Below are positions 1 through 11,245 of a DNA stretch of 64,000 nucleotides, in pieces; position 1 is the first letter of the stretch, and every line of letters begins with the position of its first letter. Where the stretch lies: positions 1,504,001 to 1,568,000 of the forward strand of contig CP084167.1 of NCBI GenBank assembly GCA_021513715.1, read 5' to 3'. The translations under genes were made by a program, and so were the position numbers. The DNA is from Candidatus Heimdallarchaeum endolithica (GTDB taxonomy: Archaea; Asgardarchaeota; Heimdallarchaeia; Heimdallarchaeales; Heimdallarchaeaceae). Under the pieces are notes generated by a model. The model was given only the letters and a program-made list of their open reading frames with translations. It searched no databases and was not told the DNA's origin.

Positions 1-11
1 CAGATTTACCA

Positions 12-2789
12 ATGTTATCAAAAGATGAACTTAGAAAGAGATTTTCTGAGAAAGATTATGAAGTAGAGTTGTTCAGAGAAGGGGGATTCGTTAGGAAACA
101 GTGCCCTAAATGCGGACATTTTTATTGGACAGTGAATCCAGACCAAGAAACCTGTGGAGATACAATTTGTAATGGTGGTTACAAATTTTTAGATAAAAAA
201 GGAAAAAATCTAAACTTTGATGAAACGATCAAGAGCCTTACTAATTTTTTTGTTAAACATGGACACACTGCAATAAAGGATTATCCTGTTGTTGCTCGCT
301 GGAGAGCAGATATGGAATTTACTATTGCATCAATAGCAGATTTTCAACCGTGGGTTCTAAATGGTATTATTCCTCCTCCAGCTAACCCTTTAGTTGTTCC
401 ACAGTTTTGTATTAGAACTGGAGGAGAATTCAGTGACATTGATAACATTGGTAAAACAGCTAGACATCTAACAAGTTTTGTCATGTTTGGTCAACATTCA
501 TTTAACTCAAAAGAACTTACTGATGGATACTGGATGGATAGATGCATTGAACTTAATTTCAAGTATCTGACAGAAGAACTTGGATTAAAGAAAGAAGAGA
601 TTTCTTACTCTGAGGGAATTTGGGCTGGAGGAGGGAATTTTGGTCCTAACTTAGAAGCTTTTGCCTATGGTTCCGAACTTGTTAATAATGTCTTTATTGC
701 ATATGGATTTGAAAATGGTAATGTTAAAAAACTAGACATGCAAGTCATAGATGTTGGTTGGGGGTTAGAAAGAGTATCCTGGTTTTCACAAGGAACACCT
801 ACAATTTATGAAGCAATATTTCCAAAAGCTATTGAATATTTACAAAAAGAAAATGGGTATAAAGCAGATCATGAACTATTAGTTAAATACAGCAAATTAG
901 CTGGAATGCTTGCTGTTGATGAAGTTAAAAATCTTAAAAAAGCAAGAAGAGAAATGGCCAAAAAACTTGGACTATCATATGAGGAAATGTTGAAAAAACT
1001 TGGACCTCAAGAAGCAATGTATGCTATAGCAGATCATACAAGAACACTTTCTATTGCTATCGCAGATGGAGCTATTCCCTCAAATGTAGGAGGCGGATAC
1101 AACTTAAGGGTGCTTCTTAGAAGGATTTTATCACTTAAAGAGATTTACAATTTAGAATTTTCATTAGCTAAATTGTTTGATTTACAAATAGATCATCTTT
1201 CTGTTTCTTATCCCCGTGTAAAGGATGGCAGAAATCAAATACAAGAAATAGTAAATGTTGAAGTATCAAGATTTTATGAAACTAGAAAAACAGGAAGAAA
1301 AATTGTTAGTAATATTCTAAAAAAGAGAACAAAAATAGATTTCAATACGCTAGTTGACCTCTATCAAACCAAAGGGATAAATCCTCTAATGGTGAAAGAG
1401 ATTGCAAAAGAATACAATAAAACTGTAGATGTACCTGAAGACTTCTACATCAAACTTAATGAGTATCTCTCTGAAAAAAATGGAAGTGGAGTTAAAGAAG
1501 AGAAGAAAGAAGACGAGTACGACAAGCTTTCAATTGACAGAACTTTGTACACAGAACAAACTTATTACAAAGATGTATATGCTCACAAATTTAAAGCGAA
1601 AATATTAGAAGTAATAAACAAGAAGTATGTTATTCTTGATAAAACCTTATTCTATCCTACAGGAGGAGGACAAATACACGATACAGGAAAGCTTATTGTG
1701 GGCAAAAAGCAATATAACGTTATTGATGTCGTTAAGAAGGGGCAATCTATAATTCATAAATTAGAAAAAGAAAGCGATTTAAAGAAAGGAATCACGGTTG
1801 TAGGCGAAATAGATAGAGAACGAAGGCTTGACATTATGAGACACCATACAGCAGTACATGTAGTTAATAATGCTGCAAGAGAAGTATTAGGTTCTCATGT
1901 ATGGCAAGCAGGTGCAGATAAAACAGAGGATAAAGCTAGATTGGATATAACTCACTATAAATCTATTTCTTTTGAAGAACTTCAAAAAATAGAATACATT
2001 GCTAATAAAATTGTTCTAGAAAAAAGACCTATTAAAAAAATAGACCTAGAGAGAGATGAAGCAGAGAAAAAATATGGCTTTACTATCTATCAAGGAGGAG
2101 TTGTTCCAGGCAAAGAGTTGCATATTGTAATTATAGATGAATGGGATGTAGAAGCTTGCGGAGGAACACATTTAGATAATACAACAGACATAGGACTTAT
2201 CAAACTTGTTGGTAGTGAAAGAATACAAGATGGTGTTGTTAGATTAGAGATTGTAGCTGGGCGTAAGGCAATTAAATATATCCAAAAACAAGAAACAATT
2301 CTTAAAAAATCAGGTGAGATTTTAAGCGTAAATCCAGATATTTTGCCAAAAACAATTAAACGGTTTTTCGAAGAATGGAAAAAACAGAGGAAAACCATAG
2401 AAAATCTAAATAAGAAAATTGCTGAACTACAATTCAGTCATGAAAAAGAAGATGTTCTAAAATTTGGCGAAACAATTGCAGTGGTACAAAAAACTGATGG
2501 TAGTCAAAAAGAACTCATATTGCAAGCAAGTGAAGCAATAAAAAATAAAGAAAAAGCAGTATGCATACTATTTTCTGATTTTAAAGGTAAAGCAATTATA
2601 GTTGGGATGAAGAGCCCTAACACACAAATTGATATAGTAAGAATAGTTAAAGATATCTCAGAGATGTTAGGTGGTTCAGGAGGGGGTAAAGGAGAGCTCG
2701 CTAGAGGTGGCGGTTCAAAAATTGAAATGATCAGTAAAGCAATTGAGAAAACAAAACAACTATTAGAAAAAGAATTAGGTGAAAATTAA
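12..2789 (+). CDS. alaS: Alanine--tRNA ligase, archaeal type
   Basis: N-terminal CPKC zinc motif, ASIADFQP, IDVGWGLER, editing-domain HHTAVH...EACGGTH, C-terminal GGSGGG DHHA1-like tail. Confidence 0.97.
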   Translation: MLSKDELRKRFSEKDYEVELFREGGFVRKQCPKCGHFYWTVNPDQETCGDTICNGGYKFLDKKGKNLNFDETIKSLTNFFVKHGHTAIKDYPVVARWRADMEFTIASIADFQPWVLNGIIPPPANPLVVPQFCIRTGGEFSDIDNIGKTARHLTSFVMFGQHSFNSKELTDGYWMDRCIELNFKYLTEELGLKKEEISYSEGIWAGGGNFGPNLEAFAYGSELVNNVFIAYGFENGNVKKLDMQVIDVGWGLERVSWFSQGTPTIYEAIFPKAIEYLQKENGYKADHELLVKYSKLAGMLAVDEVKNLKKARREMAKKLGLSYEEMLKKLGPQEAMYAIADHTRTLSIAIADGAIPSNVGGGYNLRVLLRRILSLKEIYNLEFSLAKLFDLQIDHLSVSYPRVKDGRNQIQEIVNVEVSRFYETRKTGRKIVSNILKKRTKIDFNTLVDLYQTKGINPLMVKEIAKEYNKTVDVPEDFYIKLNEYLSEKNGSGVKEEKKEDEYDKLSIDRTLYTEQTYYKDVYAHKFKAKILEVINKKYVILDKTLFYPTGGGQIHDTGKLIVGKKQYNVIDVVKKGQSIIHKLEKESDLKKGITVVGEIDRERRLDIMRHHTAVHVVNNAAREVLGSHVWQAGADKTEDKARLDITHYKSISFEELQKIEYIANKIVLEKRPIKKIDLERDEAEKKYGFTIYQGGVVPGKELHIVIIDEWDVEACGGTHLDNTTDIGLIKLVGSERIQDGVVRLEIVAGRKAIKYIQKQETILKKSGEILSVNPDILPKTIKRFFEEWKKQRKTIENLNKKIAELQFSHEKEDVLKFGETIAVVQKTDGSQKELILQASEAIKNKEKAVCILFSDFKGKAIIVGMKSPNTQIDIVRIVKDISEMLGGSGGGKGELARGGGSKIEMISKAIEKTKQLLEKELGEN

Positions 2790-2810
2790 CAAACAAAAAC
2801 AAATGAAGAA

Positions 2811-3179
2811 TTACTCTCCTGCCTTTCTTTCTTTTTGGTTAGCTGGTCCTAAATTTCTTATATGAATTGGTATCGTTGAAGGAATAATCATTACTGTATC
2901 TTCACTAACCATTCTAACAGTAGAGAATGATTCTGAAGCACAGAGTTTTAGAGCAGTTAAAAATCTTTTTCGACGATCTGGATAAGGATTTATTTTTCCT
3001 ATATTTAGAAAAACTAAATTTCCTGTTTTTACTTCTTCAACTATTGGTTCAGCATTAACTACATCGGAAAGACGATAAAATTTTACTTGAGGCTGGATTA
3101 TCTTAGGTTCATCTTTTATTTCTACACTTTCCTCTTCCTTACTCTGAGCAAAAAATTTTCCTATTCTCAAGATTAGCAC
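2811..3179 (-). CDS. sepF: Cell division protein SepF (archaeal-type)
   Basis: 122 aa with 'IVEEVKTGNLVFLNI...VRMVSEDTVMIIP' pattern resembling the archaeal SepF core; GTG start. Confidence 0.7.
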   Translation of the reverse strand: MLILRIGKFFAQSKEEESVEIKDEPKIIQPQVKFYRLSDVVNAEPIVEEVKTGNLVFLNIGKINPYPDRRKRFLTALKLCASESFSTVRMVSEDTVMIIPSTIPIHIRNLGPANQKERKAGE

Positions 3180-3322
3180 CAGTATATTTTTTTCTCATTT
3201 TCTCTTAAATTTAGATTAATATCTCGACAACATGTGGGTATTACGAGAAAAATTTCCTTTCTTAAAAACAAAGAAGTAAAAATTTGTAAAAATTAAAAAA
3301 ACAATGATTAAATGGAAAAAAA

Positions 3323-4333
3323 TTATCTTTTCCAAGGATCTTTAAGATATACTGGTGCTGATGCAGCTCCTCTTTTTACAATCACGTTTGCTAATTCTAA
3401 AGCATCAACAATTTCTCTAAAGCGGTTTCTTAATGTAACAGGAGTTGTTTTAGCTGCTTTAGAAACCTGTTGTTGAGTTCTTCTTTCTCCAGTTCTTATT
3501 CCAGCTATATAAATAGAAGCTGCTGCAATACTTGAAGGATTCTTACCAACGTCTAGCCGTAAATGTTTTGTTTCTTCTAGTATTTTAATTGCTTCATTTT
3601 GTGTTCTCATTGTTAACTCAAGTTCATCACATATCTTTGAAATAAGCACTACTGGATTCACTGGAGTTGGTCTAATTTGAAGTTCTTGCACAAAAAGTCT
3701 AAAGCATCTAGCTATCACTTTTCTGTCAGCATTAATATGATTCTCAATATCCTTTAAGGTTACAGGAATATTTGCTTGCCTTGCTGCGAGATATATTGCT
3801 GCAGCAACCATTGATTCTATGCTTCTGCCCCTAATCAAATCTTCTTTTAGGGCTTTTCGATAGAATGTAGCTGCAATTTCTGCGATTTCATCACTTAACT
3901 CAAGTTGAGAACAAATCCTTTTTAGTTCCCTTAACGCTATTCTCAAGTTTCGAATATGAGATCTAGATTCTCTTCTGTTTAATCTTCTTAATCTTCTCAT
4001 TTTCGATAAGATATTAGGATTCAGTTTATTTCCGTATATATCCTTATCTCCATAACTAATGCTAGAAGATACTCCGAAATCTGTTTTTAATGCAGATATA
4101 GGTGAACCCACTCTACTTCGAGAGGTTTTTTCATCCTCTGAGAAAGCTCTCCACTCTGGAGAACGGTCAATTATTTTTGACATAACTAATCCACAATTTC
4201 TACAGATCATCTCTCCACGAGTATAATCGTATTTTACATCTTTTGAACTACAATTTGGACAAACATCATTAGTATGGTTCAATGTTTTACCACTAAGGTA
4301 GTTGTTCTCACCTACATATATAAACGTTTCCAA
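3323..4333 (-). CDS. tfb: Transcription initiation factor IIB
   Basis: CPNC..CRNC zinc ribbon, PEWRAF B-reader, two cyclin repeats (GRSIESMVAAAIY; GKNPSSIAAASIY); start codon uncertain. Confidence 0.96.
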   Translation of the reverse strand: METFIYVGENNYLSGKTLNHTNDVCPNCSSKDVKYDYTRGEMICRNCGLVMSKIIDRSPEWRAFSEDEKTSRSRVGSPISALKTDFGVSSSISYGDKDIYGNKLNPNILSKMRRLRRLNRRESRSHIRNLRIALRELKRICSQLELSDEIAEIAATFYRKALKEDLIRGRSIESMVAAAIYLAARQANIPVTLKDIENHINADRKVIARCFRLFVQELQIRPTPVNPVVLISKICDELELTMRTQNEAIKILEETKHLRLDVGKNPSSIAAASIYIAGIRTGERRTQQQVSKAAKTTPVTLRNRFREIVDALELANVIVKRGAASAPVYLKDPWKR

Positions 4334-4449
4334 ATAAAGTTGGCGAAACGCTCTTATTTTAAAGAATTTGCATACATACTAAAAAACCGTATCAATATAT
4401 TTAGAAAAACAGAAATAATAAAAAAAATAGTTAAAAGAATAGAAAAAAG

Positions 4450-4779
4450 TTAATTTTCTTCATTTATTGCTTCTTCAATAAATTTGAGCAACTTTTTTCT
4501 TGTAGCTCCAACAAATGAATTATGAGGTTTACCGTCTTTGAAAACAATAAACGTAGGAACACCCGTGATCATATACCGTTGGGCGATTTCAGACTCTTCT
4601 TCAATATTTATACTCAAGAAACGCAATTTATCTCCGAATTGTTCACTTAAAGTTTCAAAGTAGGGAGAAATAGATTTACAAGGTCCACAAGTAGGAGTCC
4701 AGGTATCTACTATTATTTTTTTCTTCTCAGAGGACAAGATTTTATCAAATTCTTCTTTTGTCACATGTTCTACAACCAT
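4450..4779 (-). CDS. trxA: Thioredoxin
   Basis: 109 aa, CGPC active site (WTPTCGPC), cis-Pro motif GVPTF. Confidence 0.92.
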   Translation of the reverse strand: MVVEHVTKEEFDKILSSEKKKIIVDTWTPTCGPCKSISPYFETLSEQFGDKLRFLSINIEEESEIAQRYMITGVPTFIVFKDGKPHNSFVGATRKKLLKFIEEAINEEN

Positions 4780-4963
4780 AATGATACAACCTTTAGAGTT
4801 TTTAATTCTATTTTAGCAGAATAATTTTAATTATTTTCCTTAAGTCACAAAAAACAATATTCTATTCTTCAGAATCAAAATATTTGTTTAAGGAAGATTT
4901 AAGTATTAAATTAACAACCGAAAGATAAAGTAAAGAACTATTACTTCACAAAGGAGGAAGAAT

Positions 4964-6991
4964 ATGAACGAAAAACCAGTAGACAAAATTGCTGGAATTA
5001 TTTATCAACATATTATTGAAAATTATGAAAAAGACATTTCTATTATCTGGAATAAACCTCCTTCTGCAAATTTAGGTGATGTGAGTTTTCCTCTTTTCTC
5101 AATAGCTAAAAATGTTGGAGAAGAAGTAGGAGTAATTGGTCAATCACTTAAACCAAAAATTGAAAATCAAGAAATTATTGAGAGAGTAGAATTAAAAGGT
5201 GGTTTTCTTAATATCTTTTTTAATAGAACTATTTTCTCTGATAAAGTACTAAAAAATGCTTTAAAAACAGAAAAATATGGCAAATCATCAGAAGAGTCAA
5301 CTAGACGGATTATTATTGAACACACATCAAGTAACCCCAATGGTCCACTTCATATAGGAAATTTTAGAGGGTCTGTAATTGGAGATCTACTATCTAGACT
5401 TTACAAAATGAGTGGAGCTGCAGTAAACGTTAGGTATTATGTAAACGATTTAGGGAGACAAATAGCTCCTGTTGTTATAGGTTATAAACTACTTAAAGAT
5501 AATAATATTGAACCAGATTCAAAAATTGATTTGTGGATTGGAAAAATTTATGCCACCATGAACACACTATTAGATATTCAAGAATTAAAAAAGGAGATCA
5601 AATCTAAAACTGGAAACTGTTTTGTAAGTGAGAATTTAAAATATGAAATTAATCAAAATAATAAAGAAGAGATTGAAAAAATATTATCCTCCGCTGAGTT
5701 GGATGAAAAAACAAGAGAATATCTATTGAAAAGTTTAAAGAAACTATTTTCTGTTCAAAATTCTCTTTCATCAAAAATACCTAAGCTTTTTGGTTTATTG
5801 AGGGATCTTACAGAAAAAAAAGTAGAAGATTTATCATCTTTAACTCAAGAATATATCGAACAATATCTAAAAGGAAATAACAAACAAATTGTAGATGAAT
5901 ATAGAGAATTGACAGAAAAAGCTCTTAGAGGACATATAGAAACTTTATCAAGGTTTAACATTTTTCATGATGATTTTGATAGAGAGTCAGACATAGCTTG
6001 GTCAGGAGAAGTAAAACAAATTCTTCAAAAATTGGAAACAAAGCAATGGTTAAGACATGATGGAAAAGCCAGATTATTAAAAAATAATGAAATAGCGACA
6101 TCTCTACGATTTAAAGAGAAATATAATATTAAGCATGAGATTCCAGATTTAATACTTGTAAATTCAGAAGGAATTCCTCTCTATCCATGTAGAGACATTG
6201 CTTACCACTTACACAAATTAGAAAAATTTAATGCTAATTTATGTATAAATGTTATAGGAAAACAACAACAATCTCTTCAACTAGGGGTTCGTTTGGCTTT
6301 ATATGCTCTTAATAGGAGTGATATTGCTGATAAAATCATTCATTTTGATTACGAATATGTCACATTAGTCGGGAGAAAAATGGCCGGAAGAGAACTTGAA
6401 TATGTAACTCCTGACGAGTTATATTCACTTGCTAGAGAAGAAGTCTATAAATTTCTTAACGAAAGAGATTATTCTGAAGAAGAAAAAGCAAAAATAGCCA
6501 ATATTGTTTCAGCTGCTAGTGTTAAAATATCAATTGCGAAGATTGATCCAAACAAAGCAGTAATGTTTGATGTTAAAAAAGCTACTGACTTAAATGAAAA
6601 TAGTGGACCTTTTTTGTTGTATTCATTCACTAGAGCAAAGAATATTATTTCAAAAGCAAAGAAAGCGAATATACCAATTGAAGAGATTATAAACAACCTT
6701 GAATCAGTTGAGATTTCGATTATAGAAGATGAAGAGTGGAATCTTATCAAACTTATAGAGGAATTACCTATGATATATAAACGTGCAATAAATACAAAAC
6801 GCCCAGATACAATTGTAAACTTTAGTTTTGAAATATGTAAAGCATTTAACAAATTTTATGATAATTGCCCAGTGATTAGTGAAAAGAATAAAAAAATCAG
6901 AGAAACAAGAATATTAATTGTACAAGCTACAATTAAAACTCTTGAAAGTCTATTTGAGGTCCTAGGAATAGAATCTCTTGAAAAAATGTGA
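4964..6991 (+). CDS. argS: Arginine--tRNA ligase
   Basis: EHTSSNPNGPLHIGN (HIGH motif), YVNDLGRQ, KMAGR, C-terminal FNKFYDNCPV anticodon-binding domain. Confidence 0.96.
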   Translation: MNEKPVDKIAGIIYQHIIENYEKDISIIWNKPPSANLGDVSFPLFSIAKNVGEEVGVIGQSLKPKIENQEIIERVELKGGFLNIFFNRTIFSDKVLKNALKTEKYGKSSEESTRRIIIEHTSSNPNGPLHIGNFRGSVIGDLLSRLYKMSGAAVNVRYYVNDLGRQIAPVVIGYKLLKDNNIEPDSKIDLWIGKIYATMNTLLDIQELKKEIKSKTGNCFVSENLKYEINQNNKEEIEKILSSAELDEKTREYLLKSLKKLFSVQNSLSSKIPKLFGLLRDLTEKKVEDLSSLTQEYIEQYLKGNNKQIVDEYRELTEKALRGHIETLSRFNIFHDDFDRESDIAWSGEVKQILQKLETKQWLRHDGKARLLKNNEIATSLRFKEKYNIKHEIPDLILVNSEGIPLYPCRDIAYHLHKLEKFNANLCINVIGKQQQSLQLGVRLALYALNRSDIADKIIHFDYEYVTLVGRKMAGRELEYVTPDELYSLAREEVYKFLNERDYSEEEKAKIANIVSAASVKISIAKIDPNKAVMFDVKKATDLNENSGPFLLYSFTRAKNIISKAKKANIPIEEIINNLESVEISIIEDEEWNLIKLIEELPMIYKRAINTKRPDTIVNFSFEICKAFNKFYDNCPVISEKNKKIRETRILIVQATIKTLESLFEVLGIESLEKM

Positions 6992-7991
6992 AGGTAAAAA
7001 AATGATTTATGCAGGATTTGATCCGTCCTTTATCGATATAAACATCAGACCTTTAGAAATTGAAAGCGATAATAAACTGTTATCTAAACTTCCAATGTTT
7101 GGAGAACATTGGCCAAATACAGAAATAACTTTTATTCCTGGAGGAAATGGGTTCAACTTTTGTCGTACTTTATCTTCATTAGGAGAAAATATCACCTATG
7201 TTGGTCCTTTAGATGATTTCTTTATTTCATTAGTAAAAGACCAAAAAATAGATGTTTGTCTTACAGAAATAGAAGGCGCAAAAGTTAACTATACAGCAAT
7301 ATTAAATACCCATGATGGTGAAATCCAGTTTAATAATATTCGCGGTGAACTTTCTCCAAGTTTACTAAATGAAAAAATCCTAAAACTTTTCATTAAATCA
7401 CCGATCAAATCTATAAGTAACATTGCTTTTAACCCAAAAGCTATTGAATGGATTAGTTCTCTACTACTTGGATTGAGAGAGGAATATGACAAGATATTGT
7501 TTAACGATAACGCAAAGTTGGAGGAAAAAATAAATCTCTTAAATGGTATTTCTTTTGAAGGAATAATTTTTGTTGATCCTTCTGATATCTCTCAATATTC
7601 ACAAATAAAGGACTTTTTTGATATACTCTTGGCACTAAATACAATGGAAGGAGATAAATATCTTTCAGTGAATGAATTTGAAATGAATAAACTTCTATCA
7701 CTACAAGGCATTTCCCCACTAAAACTATCTAAAACCCTTAACTATCCTATTATTTTTCATACTTCAAAGGTTGTAAAGTTTTATTACAATGGAAATGAAT
7801 TATATTCATTAGAAACTCAAAAACTTTCAGAGAAGAAGACTTTTGTAGGAGCTGGAGATGTTTTCAATGCTTCTTTCATTTTTAAAATTTTAAAGAATAG
7901 TCATATTGAGGATGCATTAAAGTTTGCAATAAAATCAGCAAGTTTTTTAATTGAGAAAGGAGTCTATCCCTCTAGTGAAAACTTGAAATAA
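6978..7991 (+). CDS. PfkB/ribokinase-family carbohydrate or nucleoside kinase
   Basis: PGGNGFN N-terminal motif, SVNEFE, C-terminal VGAGDVFNASF signature; true start may be the ATG at 7002. Confidence 0.8.
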   Translation: MKKCEGKKMIYAGFDPSFIDINIRPLEIESDNKLLSKLPMFGEHWPNTEITFIPGGNGFNFCRTLSSLGENITYVGPLDDFFISLVKDQKIDVCLTEIEGAKVNYTAILNTHDGEIQFNNIRGELSPSLLNEKILKLFIKSPIKSISNIAFNPKAIEWISSLLLGLREEYDKILFNDNAKLEEKINLLNGISFEGIIFVDPSDISQYSQIKDFFDILLALNTMEGDKYLSVNEFEMNKLLSLQGISPLKLSKTLNYPIIFHTSKVVKFYYNGNELYSLETQKLSEKKTFVGAGDVFNASFIFKILKNSHIEDALKFAIKSASFLIEKGVYPSSENLK

Positions 7992-8048
7992 CATTAAATT
8001 AATAATAAATAAGATATAATAACTTCATATTTCTTAAGTGTGATATAA

Positions 8049-9083
8049 ATGAAAAAATTATCTGTTGAAGATTCAGAAGCTTACAAGAAGATCGAAAAAA
8101 GAGTAGCGATGTTAAATTTAGTTAAACAATATTACGCCTCAGGAGCTAATTACTATGAATTTGATTCTGGCGATATTCCTCTACGAGAATTAATAAGATT
8201 TATGAATGATGAAGGATATCCAAGACGACTACCAGAAGCAGATATAGTTTTGAAAAGGATAGATGAAGAAATCAGTGAATTAAATGAAAAGAAGAAAAAT
8301 ATGCGTTTAGAAGAAATTGAATCTCGCAATTTAAATTCTCTACTTATTATTCCAAGTTGGACTAAACTTATTGGTACGCAAATGAAAGGTTTCTATTTAG
8401 GCAAACCTGTTAGAGAATTGAAAAGAGATACTATTGTGATGCTAACAGATACTACTCAAATGTTTAAAGAAATCACTGAAGAGAGAATTGCTGTTATTTT
8501 TGGTCCTGGTATCTTTTACAGTGAATTTTCTATCGAACCTGGAAACTTCTTGACAAATAGTTTTGAAATTAATGGAATATGTCTCCCTTTGGACCTATTA
8601 GGTAAAATATATACAGCAGAAAAGATATATCACTCTGATAAGATTGAAGCAACAATTACTGAGGTATCAACAATTTTACCTTTTCATATTATAGAACAGC
8701 CACAAACAATACAAGCTTATATAAGAGGGGTTATTAGTCGTAATGTCTTTTATCCAAACAAAGCTGCACTAGAATTTTTCAATAAACATGCTGTTGATGA
8801 CAATTCTTACAAAATTGAGGAAGGTTTCAAAATTGTTTCAGCACACCCACTTTGGTTTAATAAACTTTTAGTAAACAGTAGCCAAATACCAAAAACTGGA
8901 AGTGGAAAAAAAGAGTATAGTACAGCTGGTTTAGGAACTGTTTCTGCTTCAATCAACAAGATTTTACCTCTAATATTCTCTTCTCCGTCAAAAGAGGAAG
9001 AACAACTAAAGAAAATTAAAGAAATAGCAAAACAATATAAGGAAATGGGTTTAGGTATACTAAAAAGTTGGATTCCAACTTAA
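8049..9083 (+). CDS. Hypothetical protein (344 aa, soluble)
   Basis: Long ORF collinear with its neighbours; no motif recognised. Confidence 0.75.
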   Translation: MKKLSVEDSEAYKKIEKRVAMLNLVKQYYASGANYYEFDSGDIPLRELIRFMNDEGYPRRLPEADIVLKRIDEEISELNEKKKNMRLEEIESRNLNSLLIIPSWTKLIGTQMKGFYLGKPVRELKRDTIVMLTDTTQMFKEITEERIAVIFGPGIFYSEFSIEPGNFLTNSFEINGICLPLDLLGKIYTAEKIYHSDKIEATITEVSTILPFHIIEQPQTIQAYIRGVISRNVFYPNKAALEFFNKHAVDDNSYKIEEGFKIVSAHPLWFNKLLVNSSQIPKTGSGKKEYSTAGLGTVSASINKILPLIFSSPSKEEEQLKKIKEIAKQYKEMGLGILKSWIPT

Positions 9084-9180
9084 ACACTAAGTTATTTTCT
9101 AACCATTTCTTAGGAAAATATTTCGTAAGATTCACAACGTTTTTTAACATAGCAAGGATTTTTTTATAATAAAAGGAAAT

Positions 9181-10704
9181 GTGATAACTATGATTATAAA
9201 AATTGAACCTAGCTTAGATAATGAACCTTATTTTGCGTTAATTAATTCAGAATTCGCTTCCAAATATTCTTTACATCCGGGTCAACTTGTTGAGATTACA
9301 CCTTATAATGTAGGAATGAAATTAAGACCTAGTGAGACATATCCCCCCAACACATTAGGGATATCACAGAAAGCTTCAAAAGAATTTTCAATAAGAGGGG
9401 GCGACGAAGTTGAAATCAGAGAGATTATTAATGAAAATATAATTCACATCATTCACAAAAAGATGAAAGGTACTCACCTTAATGAGAATGAGATTAATAT
9501 GTTATTTTCTGCAATTGATAAAAACCTCATTCATCCATCTCAAATTGCAGTATTAATGAGTTTATTTGAAGTAGTAGGACTATCTATGGATGAAACAACT
9601 TCAGTAGCAAAAGCCATTATTAATAATTCAAGAAGACTTATCCACAAAAACAAGCCAGTTGTTGATAAACACAGTATTGGAGGAATAGCAGGAAATAGAA
9701 TCACACCCATAATGATACCTATTTTGGCTTCTGCAGGACTAACTATTCCTAAAATTTCTACAAGAGCGATTACATCTCCTGCAGGAACAATAGACACTGT
9801 AGAACTTCTAATGCCCTGTGATCTAACACTATCAGAGATGTCAGAAGTGGTTGAAAAAACAGGAGGATGTGTTGTTAGTGGTGAAAATGTAGGTCTTGCA
9901 GACGTAACAGATAAAATTATCCATGTTTTAGATAGTATTAAAATCGATCCAAAAGAATTTATGGTAGCAAGTATTTTAAGTAAAAAAATTGTAGCCGGTT
10001 CCGAATATGTTCTTATTGATTTACCAACAGGTAAAGGAGCAAAAGTTTCTAGTAGAGAAAAAGCTAAAGACCTTGGAAGACTATTTACCTCAATTGGAAC
10101 TTCATTGAAACTGCAAATGGACTGTATTATTAGCCCAGGAGATCGACCAATTGGAAGTATGATAGGACCAAGTTTAGAAGCTATTGATGTCCTAAAGATA
10201 TTAAAAAATCAATTAGGAAGTAATGACTTAATGAATAAAGCTGTTTCCCTTTCTGGAATCATACTGGAAGCTCAAAACTTAGTACCTCGGGGATCTGGGC
10301 ACAAAATGGCTTTAGGCTTACTAAAGAGTGGTAAAGCTTATGAAAAATTCAAAGAAATTGTAGAAGCACAAGGAGGAAACCCAGAAATAAAAGTTGATGA
10401 TATTCCAAGAGCAAAATATATAGAAGAAATAAAAGCTACTCAAGATGGAGTGATTTATGCAATAGATAGCGCTAGCATCTCAACTTTAGCTCGTCAAGCT
10501 GGAGCTCCTTTTGACAAAACAGCAGGAGTAAAAATTTTAGTAAAAAGAGGAGACAGAGTAAAAAAAGGTGATACGCTCTTTGAAATTCATTCCTCATCAG
10601 CTAGTAAATTGAGTGCTTCTGCAGAATTGGCAAGAACAAAGTTTGAAGCTATAGACATGGAAAAAATGATACTGGAAGTAATATCAGGACCAAAAGAGAT
10701 GTGA
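9181..10704 (+). CDS. AMP phosphorylase (thymidine phosphorylase family, archaeal)
   Basis: DKHSIGG, RAITSPAGT, SILSKK, IVEAQGG, AGAPFDKTAG motifs plus the N-terminal extension typical of archaeal AMP phosphorylases. Confidence 0.9.
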   Translation: MITMIIKIEPSLDNEPYFALINSEFASKYSLHPGQLVEITPYNVGMKLRPSETYPPNTLGISQKASKEFSIRGGDEVEIREIINENIIHIIHKKMKGTHLNENEINMLFSAIDKNLIHPSQIAVLMSLFEVVGLSMDETTSVAKAIINNSRRLIHKNKPVVDKHSIGGIAGNRITPIMIPILASAGLTIPKISTRAITSPAGTIDTVELLMPCDLTLSEMSEVVEKTGGCVVSGENVGLADVTDKIIHVLDSIKIDPKEFMVASILSKKIVAGSEYVLIDLPTGKGAKVSSREKAKDLGRLFTSIGTSLKLQMDCIISPGDRPIGSMIGPSLEAIDVLKILKNQLGSNDLMNKAVSLSGIILEAQNLVPRGSGHKMALGLLKSGKAYEKFKEIVEAQGGNPEIKVDDIPRAKYIEEIKATQDGVIYAIDSASISTLARQAGAPFDKTAGVKILVKRGDRVKKGDTLFEIHSSSASKLSASAELARTKFEAIDMEKMILEVISGPKEM

Positions 10705-10708
10705 AAGA

Positions 10709-11245
10709 ATGAAAGAACAGGATAACAATTCCTTTACTTTTTCTTTTTCATACATGATTCACAGATTACATGAAAATTTTTCAATAAATAAGATACTGGA
10801 TCTAATCAAAAGAGTTAATTTAACAAACGAAAGTACAACCTTGCAAGTTTTAAATCCGAAGTATATAATCAGTAAAAGACAATTGGAGATAGCCATATAT
10901 CAAACAATAACAGCCTTTCACTCAAATGAGAATAGAGCTAGAGACAAAGGGACAGAATTGTTGCTTAGGCTCTCAGGATATAGACAAATAAAAAAAGCTC
11001 TAAAAATTTTTGGAATTGAGGATAAGTCTGAATATATTATGTTTATCGGTTTTGGAGATTCAGAAGAAGAAATAAATAAAAATTTAATTGAAATATCAGA
11101 GAAAATGGGAACAGACATAAAAGACTCTATTACTCAACTACCAGTTTCCAATGCTGAGATACTAAAGGAATATTACAATTGTAATGATATTGCCATCATA
11201 GAAAAAGCAGCCATAGAAAAAATAGCAACGCTAAAATTAGAATAA
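10709..11245 (+). CDS. cgi121: KEOPS complex subunit Cgi121
   Basis: 'NRARDKGTELLLRLSGYRQIKKALKIFGI' and C-terminal 'AIEKIA' match the Cgi121 pattern. Confidence 0.88.
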   Translation: MKEQDNNSFTFSFSYMIHRLHENFSINKILDLIKRVNLTNESTTLQVLNPKYIISKRQLEIAIYQTITAFHSNENRARDKGTELLLRLSGYRQIKKALKIFGIEDKSEYIMFIGFGDSEEEINKNLIEISEKMGTDIKDSITQLPVSNAEILKEYYNCNDIAIIEKAAIEKIATLKLE

